A stretch of 64,000 nt of DNA, from the NCBI GenBank assembly GCA_965243135.1, contig OZ251539.1:4224001-4288000 (forward strand), written 5' to 3'. Under the pieces are notes generated by a model. It was not told the DNA's origin, did no database searches, and worked only from the letters and a program-made list of their open reading frames with translations. This document shows positions 1-10,702 of the stretch, one piece after another. The stretch is from Alphaproteobacteria bacterium (GTDB taxonomy: Bacteria > Pseudomonadota > Alphaproteobacteria > MPNO01 > UBA830). The position numbers and the translations under genes are program-made. The number at the start of each line of letters is the position of its first letter. Positions within the stretch are counted from its first letter, which is position 1.

Positions 1-160
1 CGACGCGGCCGCCGAGCGGCACCTCGACGACGGAACCGGGCGCGACCTCCGCGCCGGACGGAACGACGTAGTCATAAGGCGCGTCGAGGGGCAGGGGCAG
101 CAGCACGCCGACCGCTTCGCGCCCGTCCGCCGGAAGACGTGTGGAAAGGCGGGAGGTCAT
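1..160 (-). CDS. priA: Primosomal protein N' (PriA), 5' end only; runs off the window start
   Basis: Own translation from ATG at 160: MTSRLSTRLPADGREAVGVLLPLPLDAPYDYVVPSGAEVAPGSVVEVPLGGR, typical PriA N-terminus. Divergent from tal, as usual in alphaproteobacteria. Confidence 0.85.
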   Translation of the reverse strand, partial: MTSRLSTRLPADGREAVGVLLPLPLDAPYDYVVPSGAEVAPGSVVEVPLGGRV

Positions 161-219
161 CGGATACACTCTAATTGGCCGTCGGGAACGGTCAATCCGA
201 GGTCAGGCGGGGCAGAGGC

Positions 220-882
220 ATGCAATTTTTTCTGGACTCGGCGGATATTGGCGAGATCCGGGAGCTCGCGGCGACCGGCTTCGTCGACGGCGTCACCACC
301 AACCCGTCCCTGGTCGCCAAGACGGGCCGCGGGTTTTTCGACGTGGTTCGCGAGATTTGCGGTGCGGTCGACGGTCCGGTCAGCGCCGAGGTCGCGGCCG
401 TGGATCACGCGACGATGCTGGCCGAAGGCCGCAAGTTGGCGGTCCTGGCGGACAACGTCGCGGTGAAGGTGCCGCTGACGCCCGACGGCCTGAAGACCTG
501 CAGGGCGCTTTCCGACGAAGGAGTTCGGGTCAACGTCACGCTTTGCTTTTCCGCCGGCCAGGCGATTCTCGCCGCCAAGGCCGGAGCGGCGTTCGTTTCG
601 CCCTTCGTCGGCCGGCTCGACGATATCGGGGCCGACGGCATGGCGCTGATCCGCGATATCCGGCGCATTTTCGACAATTACGACGCGATCGGGACGCAGG
701 TGCTGGTCGCGTCGGTGAGGGGGCCTCTCCATGTAATCGAGGCGGCCAAGGCGGGCGCGGAGATCGCGACGGTGCCTCCCGACGTGCTCCGGCGCCTGTT
801 CCGGCATCCGTTGACGGACGCCGGGCTGGACGCGTTTCTGGCCGACTGGCGCGCGACCGGCCAGTCGATCGTGGAGGCCTGA
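220..882 (+). CDS. tal: Transaldolase / fructose-6-phosphate aldolase (TalC/FSA type)
   Basis: MQFFLDSAD...DGVTTNPSL...VKVP...VNVTLCFS...[11 protein letters not shown] motifs. Confidence 0.95.
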   Translation: MQFFLDSADIGEIRELAATGFVDGVTTNPSLVAKTGRGFFDVVREICGAVDGPVSAEVAAVDHATMLAEGRKLAVLADNVAVKVPLTPDGLKTCRALSDEGVRVNVTLCFSAGQAILAAKAGAAFVSPFVGRLDDIGADGMALIRDIRRIFDNYDAIGTQVLVASVRGPLHVIEAAKAGAEIATVPPDVLRRLFRHPLTDAGLDAFLADWRATGQSIVEA

Positions 883-884
883 CC

Positions 885-1568
885 ATGGGAAGTTCGCCAG
901 CCGAGCCGTCGCTGACGCCCAAGGCGGTCGTGGCGTGGCTGCGGCGCAATCCAGACTTTCTGCGCGACAACCCGGAAGTGCTGCCGGTTCTCACGCCGCC
1001 GGAATACCGGCGCGACGACGGCGTCACCGACATGCAGCGCTTCATGCTGGACCGGCTTCGCCGGGAGGTGGCGTCTTTGCATCGCCGCGAGAAGCAACTG
1101 CTTTCCACCGTCGAGGGGAACGCCGCCGGCCAGGCCAAGATCCATCGCGCCGTTCTCGCCGTGATCGACGCGCCGGACATGCACGCGCTCAATCTGGTCC
1201 TGCGGACGGAACTCCCGAGCGTTCTCGACCTGGAGGCCGTCGCGCTGTGCATCGAGGGCGAAGGCGCGCTGGCGCTCGCGGGAGCGATGGACATCGGACC
1301 CGACGGGGTGGCCGGGTTGATGGGACCTCGCCGCCGGTTCCTGCTGTTGGGCGACACCGGGGGCACGCCCGCGGTATTCGGGGACGCCGCGGAAAGGGTC
1401 CGGTCGATCGCCTATCTCAGGCTCCGGCGGACTTCGCCGAAGATGCTGCTTGCGATGGGTTCGGGACGCAGCGACGGGTTCGACAGCCGCCAGGGCACGG
1501 ATCTGATCGCTTTCCTCGCCGACGCGCTCGAAATGCGGATCCGGCATTGCCTTCAGCAGAAGCGGTGA
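885..1568 (+). CDS. DUF484 (YigA-like) family protein
   Basis: VVAWLRRNPDFL...VTDMQRFMLDRLR...QGTDLIAFLA; conserved position between tal and xerC. Confidence 0.85.
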   Translation: MGSSPAEPSLTPKAVVAWLRRNPDFLRDNPEVLPVLTPPEYRRDDGVTDMQRFMLDRLRREVASLHRREKQLLSTVEGNAAGQAKIHRAVLAVIDAPDMHALNLVLRTELPSVLDLEAVALCIEGEGALALAGAMDIGPDGVAGLMGPRRRFLLLGDTGGTPAVFGDAAERVRSIAYLRLRRTSPKMLLAMGSGRSDGFDSRQGTDLIAFLADALEMRIRHCLQQKR

Positions 1569-2497
1569 CGGCTCCGGTCCTCCAGGCGGCGCTGCTGGAC
1601 TGGCGGCGCTGGTTGACGGCGGAGCGCCGGATGTCGGCGAACACCGTGGACGGCTACTGCCGCGACGTCGAGGCGTTTCTCGGGTTTCTCGCCGAGCATC
1701 GCGGCGAGCCCGCGGATCTCTCCGTCCTGTCCGGACTCGAGGCCGCCGAGTTCCGCGCCTGGCTGGCGCGGCGAACCGCCGACGGGTTGTCGCGGACCTC
1801 GATCGCCCGGGCTCTCTCGGCGGTGCGCAACCTGTTCCGGTTTCTCGACCGCGCGGGCATGGCGAGCAACGCGGCGCTGGCGTCGGTCGGCGCGCCCCGT
1901 CCGCCGCGTGGCCTTCCGAGGCCGCTGGACGCGGCGGATGCGATCGCCGTCATCCGGCGGGCGGCCGAAATCGCGCCGGTTCCATGGATCGCCGCCCGCG
2001 ACGTAGCGGTGTTCACGCTCCTCTACGGTTGCGGCCTCCGCATCGACGAGGCGCTTTCGCTCGACCAGCGGGACGCTCCGCAAGGGGACGCGATGACGGT
2101 GACGGGAAAGGGCGGGCGTCAGCGGGTCGTACCGGTGCTGCCGATCGTCGCCGACGCGATCCGCGCCTACCGGGAGGCTTGCCCCTATCCGCCGGAGCCC
2201 GGCCGGCCGCTGTTCTACGGCACCCGCGGCGGACGCCTGAATCCCGGCGTTGTGCAGCGAAGCATGCGCGCTCTGCGCGCCGATCTGGGCTTGCCCGAAT
2301 CCGCCACGCCGCACGCGCTGCGGCACAGTTTCGCGACCCACCTGCTTGCCGGCGGCGGCGATCTGAGGACGATCCAGGAACTTCTCGGGCACGCCTCGCT
2401 GTCCACGACCCAACGCTACACGGCAGTCGACACGCAGCAACTCGTGGAGGTCTACGACCGGGCGCATCCGCGAGCGTCGGGCAATGCTTCGACGTGA
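1565..2497 (+). CDS. xerC: Tyrosine recombinase XerC
   Basis: GTG start overlaps the upstream stop; LLYGCGLRIDE, GKG, TPHALRHSFATHLL, LLGHASLSTTQRY. Confidence 0.93.
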   Translation: MTAPVLQAALLDWRRWLTAERRMSANTVDGYCRDVEAFLGFLAEHRGEPADLSVLSGLEAAEFRAWLARRTADGLSRTSIARALSAVRNLFRFLDRAGMASNAALASVGAPRPPRGLPRPLDAADAIAVIRRAAEIAPVPWIAARDVAVFTLLYGCGLRIDEALSLDQRDAPQGDAMTVTGKGGRQRVVPVLPIVADAIRAYREACPYPPEPGRPLFYGTRGGRLNPGVVQRSMRALRADLGLPESATPHALRHSFATHLLAGGGDLRTIQELLGHASLSTTQRYTAVDTQQLVEVYDRAHPRASGNAST

Positions 2498-2635
2498 ATG
2501 CGCAGCCTTGAAGCGGGACGGATCGACCAAGCTTTCGGCACTGACCGCCTATCGCGACGCGCTGCGGCTGGCGCTTTCGAGTTTCGTCCTTCTTCGTATT
2601 CGATGTTGGATGCTTGCCGTCGGTTGCGGCGATCT

Positions 2636-3067
2636 CTATCCGCCTGTCGCCACGTCGACATATTCCCTCACCAAAATAAGGTTTTCCATGGATCCTTCTC
2701 GCAGAAGATCCATCGGCGATCGATCGTCAAGCAAGAGATGCGGTTCTCGGAGCCATTCGTTCTCCACGGCCTCGTCACGCAGCCAAGCCGAAAGAGCGCG
2801 GCGAATTTCAAAGAGAAAAGCAATCCGATTCTCGATGTCGCGTCCCGTCGGCGGAATGCGGCCGGACATGATGTTTTCGACAAGAGATTCCTCGGCCTCC
2901 TCGAATCCGAGCAGCCACGCGGCATCCCGTAACTCAAGGTTCCATGCAGTCAACAGATGCCTGATGAATTTTACGGGGCCAACGACGCGATCCTGCTGTC
3001 GAGAAGAAATCTTAAAGGTCGGTTTCATTGCGCTTCTTCGCTCCCGTTCTCCGTTTTCCGGCATCAT
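2636..3067 (-). CDS. MbcA/ParS/Xre-family antitoxin (DUF2384-like C-terminus), no adjacent toxin
   Basis: HTH-like AAWLLG region, then EWLREPHLLLDDRSPMDLLREG...VREYVD, the typical toxin-binding C-terminal motif. Start could be a later ATG. Confidence 0.75.
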   Translation of the reverse strand: MMPENGERERRSAMKPTFKISSRQQDRVVGPVKFIRHLLTAWNLELRDAAWLLGFEEAEESLVENIMSGRIPPTGRDIENRIAFLFEIRRALSAWLRDEAVENEWLREPHLLLDDRSPMDLLREGSMENLILVREYVDVATGG

Positions 3068-3211
3068 TTTTCGCCGTTTCCCCAGATAATGACTGCCGAT
3101 TGGATACGCAACGCGATCTCCGGCAATCGGATTCCAGAAATCAAGGATCTGGAGTTCTAACCCGTTGTTCCCTGAATCCTGCTTTTTATAATCCCGTCTT
3201 TTTTTCTTGAA

Positions 3212-3640
3212 TTATTTTTGCCAGCGTCCGCATTGCCGTATATCGCATTCATGCGCAACTTCAATAACCCGACCGATCATTCTCCCGCACGCTTCGAATT
3301 CTTGACGCGCCCGGCGTTTCGTTTCCGAGAAAAAATCGCGTCGTTCCGCACTGAGAATGATGTCGAGGTCAGCAGTCCACTGAATTTTTGCAATTAACTC
3401 CTCATCAATTGACGTACCAGGTAAGTGATGGCTGCTCCTGCGACTGGAATTGCGACGAATGCGCCGCCTGTCGCGAGCCATGCTCCACGACGATTCAATT
3501 GCTTTCACGGCACCCAGCCCAAGTTTTCTTGACATACGTCCAGCGTCAGCGTCCGTCAATTTTGCGACAACGCACCTATGGTCGAAAGTCTCAACAGTGT
3601 CAATGGCGACGAACAGGCCCTTGCTTCTCAACCGCACCAC
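3212..3640 (-). pseudogene. Unidentified lower-GC ORF, probably degenerate
   Basis: AT-richer than flanks, no recognisable motif. A hydrophobic segment (AWLATGGAFVAIPVAGAAITYLV) lies in a different frame, suggesting frameshifts. Abuts the IS insertion site. Confidence 0.3.
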
Positions 3641-3844
3641 TCTCCGTGAATCATCGGTCCAGGAATCCTTCCAACGGGTGCAGGTCTAGAATTGTAAAAT
3701 AGAAAAACCTGCAGTGCGTTGATTTTCAATAATTATTCGGGTTTGGGCCGCGGCGCTTCAAGGCCGAAATCAGCGATTTCGTGACAAAACGCCGTTCCGG
3801 GCGCGGATTTTGTCACGACAACGGGGCCGGAGGACGAAAAAAGA

Positions 3845-5298
3845 ATGCTCCAAGCGCGCGGCATAATGTTGGTGCTCAACCACAACATCAGGAGCATTCC
3901 CATGTCAGTATCGCAGCTTTCGACCGGCTTGTCCATAGATCTTTCGACTTTCTCTCGGGAAGCCGCCGAAGCGTTGCAGACGTTCGCGGCCTTCCTCGGG
4001 AAAGGGGGCGAGGCCGCCGAAGCGTTCCAGTCCTTCGCGGCTTTCCTCGGCGAAGGGGCCGAACGAGAGGGTCCCGAGGCGTTTGCCGATTTCGAAATCG
4101 GGCTGCACGAGCGGCTCATGGGGCTCGGTCGCGCGGTGATCGGCAAGCATGTCGAGGACCGGGACGAGAACGTCGGCCCGGTCCACGGCCGGGTCTTCTA
4201 CCGGTCCACCGAGGCGACATCGAAAACCATTCACACGTTGTTCGGTCCGGTCAAGTTCTTGCGTCCGCTGTACCGGTCGCCGGGAAGCCCGTCGTTCTCG
4301 CCGGTCGATGAAAGCCTGGGCCTGTTCGACAAGTACCTCACGGATCCGGCGGCGCACGGCGCACTTATGCTCCTGTGCCACTGCACGCCGGCGGACGGGG
4401 CCAAAATCCTCAAACAGCTGGGAGGCATGAACCCGTCGTTGAGTTGCCTCCAGCGTCTGTTGACGAGGGCGGGCGAGCGCTGGAACGAGAAGGAGAGCAC
4501 AGCCAGGGACGCCATTCGCGAAGCGGAAACGGTGCCGGAGGAAGCGGCTTCCTGCACCGTCTCGCTCGATGGCGTCATGGTTCCGCTTCGCCCCGACGGG
4601 GACAGGGAAGCGTGCTGGCGCGAGGCGTCCTGCGGAACCGTCAGCTTCCATGACGCGGACGGCAATCGCCTGAGAACGGTGAGCCTTGCGCGCATGCCGG
4701 AAGCCGGCAAGGCGACGCTGAAGGAGCAGCTCGCCGCCGAGGTCGCCCATGTCCGGAAAGCGCGGCCCGACCTGCCGCTGGTCGCCGTCGCCGACGCCGC
4801 GCCCGACAACTGGACGTTTCTTGAGGAGCTTCAGCCCGACGAACGGGCGATCGACTTCTTCCATGCATGCGAACACCTCGCTGAGGTTGCCGACCACGCG
4901 GTCGCAACCGACTGGTACGACAGATACCGCGCCGTCCTGCGCGACGACGAAAAGGGCGTCGACAAGGTCGTCCGGGCGATCTCCGCAGCAGGGCGGCAGG
5001 ATCGGCGCTCAAGATTCTTGACCGCGAGCTCGCATTCTTCCGCAAGAACAGGGGCCGCATGCACTACGCCAGCCTCAAGGCCAAGGGCTACCCGGTCGGG
5101 TCGGGCGTCGTGGAGGCCGCCAACAAGGTGCTGGTCAACCAGCGCATGAAACGGGCGGGCCAGCGCTGGAGCCTTGAGGGCGGTCAGAACGTCCTTACCT
5201 TCAGGGCGGTGTCGGGCCGCTTCGACGCCGCGTGGCGGGCGATGACCGGAACGCATGCCGCAAACGAAAACCGGGCCCCGAATGCCGTCGCGGCCTGA
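3845..5298 (+). pseudogene. ISKra4-like DDE transposase, frameshifted near 4980
   Basis: SLDGVMV, WREASCG, VADAAPDNW and IDFFHACEHL in one frame; FFRKNRGRMHY...GYPVGSGVVEAANK...RMKRAGQRW continues in another frame. Confidence 0.85.
3962..4063 (+). repeat. Imperfect 51-bp tandem duplication inside the transposase 5' region
   Basis: Two units encoding AAEALQTFAAFLGKGGE / AAEAFQSFAAFLGEGAE. Confidence 0.8.
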
Positions 5299-5595
5299 CG
5301 GCGGGAATCCTTTTTCCAGAACGAAACAGGATTTTACAAAAATAGAACTGCACCCCTTCCAACTCTGAAAGGATCCCGGATACGGTTTCGCGACCTGTCC
5401 CGCAGTTTATGAAGTATCGTTGCCGGATCTCCGTTACAGGCGCTGCCAACCGGGCGACGTAAGCCGCTTTGCACGGCGATTCATTCGTTCCGCCTGCCTG
5501 TCCGCAGGCGGAACTGTGACCACGTCGCAAACCGGTCGACATGCCGATACCGCCTCGCCCGGGCATGAAGCTCGCATTCGGAGGTCTCTCATTCT

Positions 5596-5611
5596 CGAAC
5601 GTATACGTTCG
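5596..5611. promoter_or_regulatory. Perfect 16-bp palindrome, possible operator
   Basis: CGAACGTATACGTTCG in the non-coding stretch downstream of sucB; function is inferred only. Confidence 0.35.
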
Positions 5612-5717
5612 TTCAGCGTAAAGGGAAATTCGCGGATCACTTGCAGCCCGGCCGGCGCAATTACGAAGCGCTCCGGGCTGGGGTTGCGTCAGCGAACGCG
5701 CCGACGCCGGCCGGCCG

Positions 5718-6896
5718 TCACGCTTCCAGAAAAATCCGCGCGGGCTCCTCGATGCACTGCTTTACGCGCACGAGAAACGTCACGGCCTCGCGACCGTCGA
5801 CGATCCGGTGATCGTAGCTGAGCGCGACATACATCATCGGCCGTATCTCGACGGCGTCGCCGACCGCGACGGGACGACGGTCGATCCGGTGCATACCCAG
5901 GATCCCGGACTGGGGAGGATTCAATATCGGGGTCGAGAGCAGCGAACCGTACACGCCGCCGTTGGTGATGGTGAAGGTGCCGCCGGTCAGTTCCGCCAGC
6001 TCGAGGCGGCCCTCCCGCGCGCGCGTTCCAAGATCGGCCACGGCCTTCTCGATCCCGGCAAAGGACAGCGCATCGGCGTCGCGCAGCACCGGCACGACCA
6101 GGCCCTGCTCGGTGCCGACGGCGATGCCGATGTCGTAATGGTTCTTGTACACGAGGTCATCGCCATCAATTTCGGCGTTCACGGCGGGCAGTTCCCGGAG
6201 CGCGAGGATCGCCGCCTTCACGAAAAAGGACATGAAGCCGAGGCGGCAGCCGTGCCGTTTCTCGAACGCTTCCTGATGCTTCCGCCGGAGTTCCGTCACC
6301 GCGGTCATGTCGATCTCGTTGAAGGTCGTCAACATCGCCGCCGTGTTCTGGGCCTCCTTGAGACGCTGGGCGATGCGACGACGAAGCTGCGTCATCCTGA
6401 CGCGCTCCTCGCGGGGGGCAGCCGGAGCGGCGGGCGGGCGCTGCGCTTCTTCGCGGACGGGAGCCGGAGCGGCGGGCCGCTCCTCCGCCGACGCCTTCAA
6501 GTAGGCCAGGACGTCGCCTTTGGTCAGGCGGCCGTCCTTCCCGGTGGCGGGAACGACGGCGGGATCGAGGCCGTGCTTTTCGACCAGTTCCCGCGCGGCG
6601 GGAGACAGTTTTTCCGCGGCGCCCGAAGGCGGCGGCGCGTCCGGCGCGTCCGGCGCGGCCGCGTCGCCGATGACGCCGAGCACGGCGCCGACCGAAACGT
6701 TCTCGCCTTCCGGCGCGAGGATTTCGCCGAGCGTGCCGGCCGCCGTGGCGTTGACCTCCAACGTGACCTTGTCGGTCTCGATCTCGACGAGGCGCTCGTC
6801 GAGTTCGACAGCGTCTCCGACCGCCTTGAACCACTTGGCCACCGTCGCCTCGGTGACGGACTCGCCGAGGGTCGGCACGACGATTTCGGTATGCAT
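5718..6896 (-). CDS. sucB: 2-oxoglutarate dehydrogenase E2 (dihydrolipoyl succinyltransferase)
   Basis: Lipoyl domain [11 protein letters not shown]...ETDKV, E3-binding GTGKDGR-like motif, catalytic [12 protein letters not shown]. Confidence 0.97.
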   Translation of the reverse strand: MHTEIVVPTLGESVTEATVAKWFKAVGDAVELDERLVEIETDKVTLEVNATAAGTLGEILAPEGENVSVGAVLGVIGDAAAPDAPDAPPPSGAAEKLSPAARELVEKHGLDPAVVPATGKDGRLTKGDVLAYLKASAEERPAAPAPVREEAQRPPAAPAAPREERVRMTQLRRRIAQRLKEAQNTAAMLTTFNEIDMTAVTELRRKHQEAFEKRHGCRLGFMSFFVKAAILALRELPAVNAEIDGDDLVYKNHYDIGIAVGTEQGLVVPVLRDADALSFAGIEKAVADLGTRAREGRLELAELTGGTFTITNGGVYGSLLSTPILNPPQSGILGMHRIDRRPVAVGDAVEIRPMMYVALSYDHRIVDGREAVTFLVRVKQCIEEPARIFLEA

Positions 6897-6913
6897 ATCC
6901 AGATTCTCCAGAA

Positions 6914-9745
6914 TCAGCCGGCGAGCGCCTGTTCGACCAGGATCCGCTGTTCCCGCTCGTGCTTGCCGTGCGAACCAGTCGCCGGAGAGGCGGCCTCGGG
7001 CCGGCCGGCGTAGATCGGTCGGGAAGCTCGAACGTCGAGCCCTTCCAGGACGGCCTCGATGCGCCTGTCCGCGAAGTTCCACGCGCCCATGTTCCGCGGC
7101 TCTTCCTGGCACCAGACGACGTCCGCGTCGGGGTGCTTGCCGAGTTCCTGGGCCAGCGAAACGTCGGGAAACGGATACAGCTGCTCGACGCGGACCAGGG
7201 CGACGTTGGAAATTCCCCGTTCTTCGCGGGCGGCGAGCAGGTCGAAATAAACCTTGCCGGCGCACAGGATGACGCGCCGCGCGTTCGTCACTTCGCGGTC
7301 GGGCAGAACGCGACTGAAGGCCATGCCCGGGCCGAACTCCTCAAGGTTCGAAACGCACTTCTTGTGACGCAGCAGCGATTTGGGCGTCGCCAGGATCAAC
7401 GGCTTCCGGAAGCTGCGGTGCACTTGCCTGCGCAGGGCATGGAAGTAGTTGGCCGGCGTGGTGATGACGCAGACTTGCCAGTTGTCCTCGGCGCAGAGCT
7501 GCAGATAGCGCTCGACGCGGGCGGACGAATGCTCCGGCCCCTGGCCCTCGTAGCCGTGGGGAAGCAGCATGACCAGTCCCGACATGCGCAGCCATTTCGA
7601 TTCCGACGAGCAGATGAACTGGTCGAAGATGAACTGCGCTCCGTTGGCGAAGTCGCCGAACTGCGCTTCCCAGAGGACCAGGACGTTCGGATCCGCGAGG
7701 GTGAGCCCGTATTCGAAGCCCAGCACCGCCGCCTCGGAAAGCGGACTGTTGCGGGCGATGAACTTTTCCTGGGCGCCGGGACGGATTTGTTCGAGCGGTA
7801 TGAAGGGCTTTTCCGTCTCCTGGTCGATGACCACGGCGTGCCGCTGGGAGAACGTTCCGCGGGCCACGTCCTGTCCGCTGAGCCGCACCAGAATTCCTTC
7901 GGTCAGCAAGGTGCCGAACGCGAGCGCCTCGGCCGTCGCCCAATCGATGCCCGCGCCCGATTCGACGGCGCGGCGGCGCGCATCGAAAAAGCGTTCGAGC
8001 TTCGAGTTGAGCTTCACCGTTTCCGGAACGCGCGATATGGCTGCCCCGACTTCGCGCAGGAGTTCGAGAGAGGCGCCGGTCTTGCCCTTTCGCTCCTCGC
8101 GGGAGGGGGCGGTCGTGATGCCGGCCCACTTGCCCTCCAGCCAGTCGGCCCTGTTGGGCTTGTAGGATCCCGCCGCTTCGAAATCCTCTTCCAGTCGCCG
8201 GCGGACCCGCGTCCGGATTTCCTCGGCCCGCGCTTCGTCGACGAGGCCCTCCTGCAAAAGGCGGGCGGCATAGATCTGGCGCACGTCCGGATGGTCGGCG
8301 ATCGCCCTGTACATCTTCGGCTGGGTGAACGCCGGTTCGTCGCCTTCGTTATGGCCGAAGCGCCGGTAGCACCACATGTCGATGACGACGTCCTTGCGGA
8401 ACCGCTGGCGGAACTCGATGGCGATGCGGCACACATGGACGACCGCTTCGACGTCGTCGCCGTTGACGTGGAAGATCGGCGCCTGCGCCATCTTGGCGAT
8501 CTCGGTCGGGTAGCGGGACGCGCGAGTGGCGCCCGGGTTGGTGGTGAAGCCGATCTGGTTGTTAACCACGAAATGAATCGTCCCGCCGGTGCGGTAACCC
8601 TTGATGTCCGAAAGCCCGAACGTTTCGGCCACGATTCCCTGCCCGCCGAAGGCAGCGTCTCCGTGCATCAGCAAGCCGAGCACCTTGCGGCGCTCCTTGT
8701 CCTTGTGTTGGCGTTGCTTCGCGCGGACCTTCCCGACCACCACGGGATCGACCGCCTCGAGATGCGACGGGTTGGCGGCGAGCGAGAGGTGGACGAGCTC
8801 GCCGTCGAATTCGCGATCGGCGGACGTGCCGAGATGATATTTGACGTCGCCCGATCCCTGCACGTCGTCGGCCGTCGCCGCGGCGTCCTGGAACTCGGAG
8901 AAGATCGCCGCGAACGGCTTGTTCATGACGTTCGCGAGCACGTTCAGGCGACCGCGGTGGGGCATGCCGAGCACGACCTCGACAACGCCGAGCTGGCTGC
9001 CGCGCTTGAGGATCTGTTCGAGGCCCGGCACGAGCGCTTCAGCGCCGTCGAGCCCGAACCGCTTCGTGCCGGGATATTTGACGTGCAGGAAGTTCTCGAA
9101 GGTTTCGGCTTCGGTCAGGCGTTCGAGGATGGTGATCTTGCCGAGGTCGGTGAACCGGGTCCGGTTGTGAATCCCCTCGATCCGCTCCTGGATCCAGACC
9201 TTTTCCTCGGCCGAGGTGATGTGCATGTATTCGACGCCGATATGCCCGCAATAGGTGGCGTGGGCCCGTTCCACGATGTCGTTCAGCGTCGCTTTCTCGC
9301 CGAGGCCGAGGCGGTCGTGGATGTAGATCTCGCGGGTGCGGTCGGCGTCCGTGAAGCCGTAGGATTCCGGATCCAACTCCGTATGTGCGAGCGGCCGTTC
9401 GAGCCCGAGCGGGTCCAGCGCGGCGTGAAGATGGCCGCGGTCGCGATGGGACCGGATAAGCATGAGCGCCTGGATGGAGTCGCGAGTCACCGCGCCGAGC
9501 GCGGCTCCCGGAGCGGTCGCCGACGCCGGCGCGCTCCCGTTGGCGGGCGCGCCGATCACCCTGGTGGCGCGCGGCGCCCAACTGGCGCCTTCGATTTCGC
9601 GAAGCACGGCGGGCGCGTCTTCCTTCAACTCTTCGAAGAACGCCGCCCACGCCGGTTCCACCGACTCCGGGCGTTCGATATAACGGGCGTGCAATTCCGC
9701 GATGAATTCGCCGTTGGCGCTTGCGGGAAAGGGAAAGGTCGTCAT
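6914..9745 (-). CDS. sucA: 2-oxoglutarate dehydrogenase E1
   Basis: [59 protein letters not shown]. Confidence 0.97.
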   Translation of the reverse strand: MTTFPFPASANGEFIAELHARYIERPESVEPAWAAFFEELKEDAPAVLREIEGASWAPRATRVIGAPANGSAPASATAPGAALGAVTRDSIQALMLIRSHRDRGHLHAALDPLGLERPLAHTELDPESYGFTDADRTREIYIHDRLGLGEKATLNDIVERAHATYCGHIGVEYMHITSAEEKVWIQERIEGIHNRTRFTDLGKITILERLTEAETFENFLHVKYPGTKRFGLDGAEALVPGLEQILKRGSQLGVVEVVLGMPHRGRLNVLANVMNKPFAAIFSEFQDAAATADDVQGSGDVKYHLGTSADREFDGELVHLSLAANPSHLEAVDPVVVGKVRAKQRQHKDKERRKVLGLLMHGDAAFGGQGIVAETFGLSDIKGYRTGGTIHFVVNNQIGFTTNPGATRASRYPTEIAKMAQAPIFHVNGDDVEAVVHVCRIAIEFRQRFRKDVVIDMWCYRRFGHNEGDEPAFTQPKMYRAIADHPDVRQIYAARLLQEGLVDEARAEEIRTRVRRRLEEDFEAAGSYKPNRADWLEGKWAGITTAPSREERKGKTGASLELLREVGAAISRVPETVKLNSKLERFFDARRRAVESGAGIDWATAEALAFGTLLTEGILVRLSGQDVARGTFSQRHAVVIDQETEKPFIPLEQIRPGAQEKFIARNSPLSEAAVLGFEYGLTLADPNVLVLWEAQFGDFANGAQFIFDQFICSSESKWLRMSGLVMLLPHGYEGQGPEHSSARVERYLQLCAEDNWQVCVITTPANYFHALRRQVHRSFRKPLILATPKSLLRHKKCVSNLEEFGPGMAFSRVLPDREVTNARRVILCAGKVYFDLLAAREERGISNVALVRVEQLYPFPDVSLAQELGKHPDADVVWCQEEPRNMGAWNFADRRIEAVLEGLDVRASRPIYAGRPEAASPATGSHGKHEREQRILVEQALAG

Positions 9746-10356
9746 GGCTTCCGTGGCGTAGTTCTTCCGACGCTGGAGCAGCGCTGCCGACTTGCGCGCG
9801 GGCCGCGACGCTTCCCGCGTCGATGTGGACCGATACCCCTTTCCGCGCCAACCTGCAACCGCGTGAAGGGCGCTTGCGCCGTTTTTTATTGGCTGGCGTC
9901 CGCCCGACAGCATGCAGCGGCGTGAGGTTCCGTGCCGTCACGTATCGCGCTGCGGCGCTGAACTCAGGGCGAGGCTCGGAACGGGCAACTTCCTGAGATT
10001 TGCGCCTTGGACTTCCGAAGCGCGGCGAACGGCAGATCCTGCCGCAAGGTCCGGCCGGCGAGCCAAAGCCCCGAGGCGCGGCGGCAGGCCGGGCGTCGCG
10101 AGCTGTCCCGCCGCCGCGGCCGGAAGTTCGTTTCGGGACGCGACGAATATGTCGAGCCATGCCTGTTCCACGCTGCGTCCCCCAGCGCGACAGGCGGCCG
10201 GCGGTTTCCGTGGCGTTACGGATGGCCTGTGGGGAAAAGCGCGGGGGCGGCGGACCGAAAAAATGGGACAGCGCAAACGCCTCTATGTGCCTGATTCAGA
10301 AGCGTTCTGAAACCGGACAGACCATTTGGTACATGGACCGGTCATATCGTCTGCTA

Positions 10357-10386
10357 TTGACACGCGAACGCCTCTGCCCTTGTATT
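10357..10386 (+). promoter_or_regulatory. Possible sigma70 promoter for higBA
   Basis: Perfect TTGACA at 10357-10362; weak -10 (TGTATT) 18 bp downstream. Confidence 0.3.
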
Positions 10387-10414
10387 GGGCTGATTGGCGT
10401 AGTAAGTTTTCGCT

Positions 10415-10702
10415 GTGATCCGCTCGTGGCACAATGCGGCCAGCCGAAAGGTTTGGGAAGGCGAAACGCCGAACCGGTTCCGTGGCATGGACTTTCCTGC
10501 CGCCATCGATTTGCTGCTGGCGCTCAACGCCGCCGATACGCTCCGTGACCTGAGCCCACTCAAGAGCGTCGGGTTGCACAAACTCAAGGGGGTACGCGCA
10601 AATCAGTGGGCGATGACGGTGAACGGACCTTGGCGGATTTGCTTCGAATTCCGGGCGGGTGACGCCCACCGCGTCGAGATCGTCGACTACCATAAGGGAT
10701 GA
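10415..10702 (+). CDS. higB: HigB (RelE-superfamily) toxin
   Basis: LLALNAADTLRDL...LHKLKGVRANQWAMTVNGPWRICFEF...VEIVDYH; toxin-first order. Confidence 0.92.
   Translation: MIRSWHNAASRKVWEGETPNRFRGMDFPAAIDLLLALNAADTLRDLSPLKSVGLHKLKGVRANQWAMTVNGPWRICFEFRAGDAHRVEIVDYHKG

Larger units (their letters stand above)
3676..5355 (+). mobile_element. ISKra4-family-like insertion sequence (1680 bp) with imperfect terminal IRs and 8-bp TSD
   Basis: Left end GGGTGCAGGTCTAGAATTGTAAAAT (3676-3700); right end reverse complement GGGTGCAGTTCTATTTTTGTAAAAT (ends 5355); direct repeat CTTCCAAC at 3668-3675 and 5356-5363. Confidence 0.9.

Noticed and set aside
1565-2497. xerC as the integrase of the adjacent accessory segment
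   Set aside because: Sequence and tal-DUF484-xerC synteny indicate the housekeeping chromosome-dimer resolvase.
4970-5000. Programmed ribosomal frameshift in the transposase
   Set aside because: No slippery heptamer, and residues appear to be missing, which favours a deletion.
9746-10350. Structured leader or sucA RNA motif
   Set aside because: GC-rich stems are possible but no motif was recognised; the known sucA motif is betaproteobacterial.
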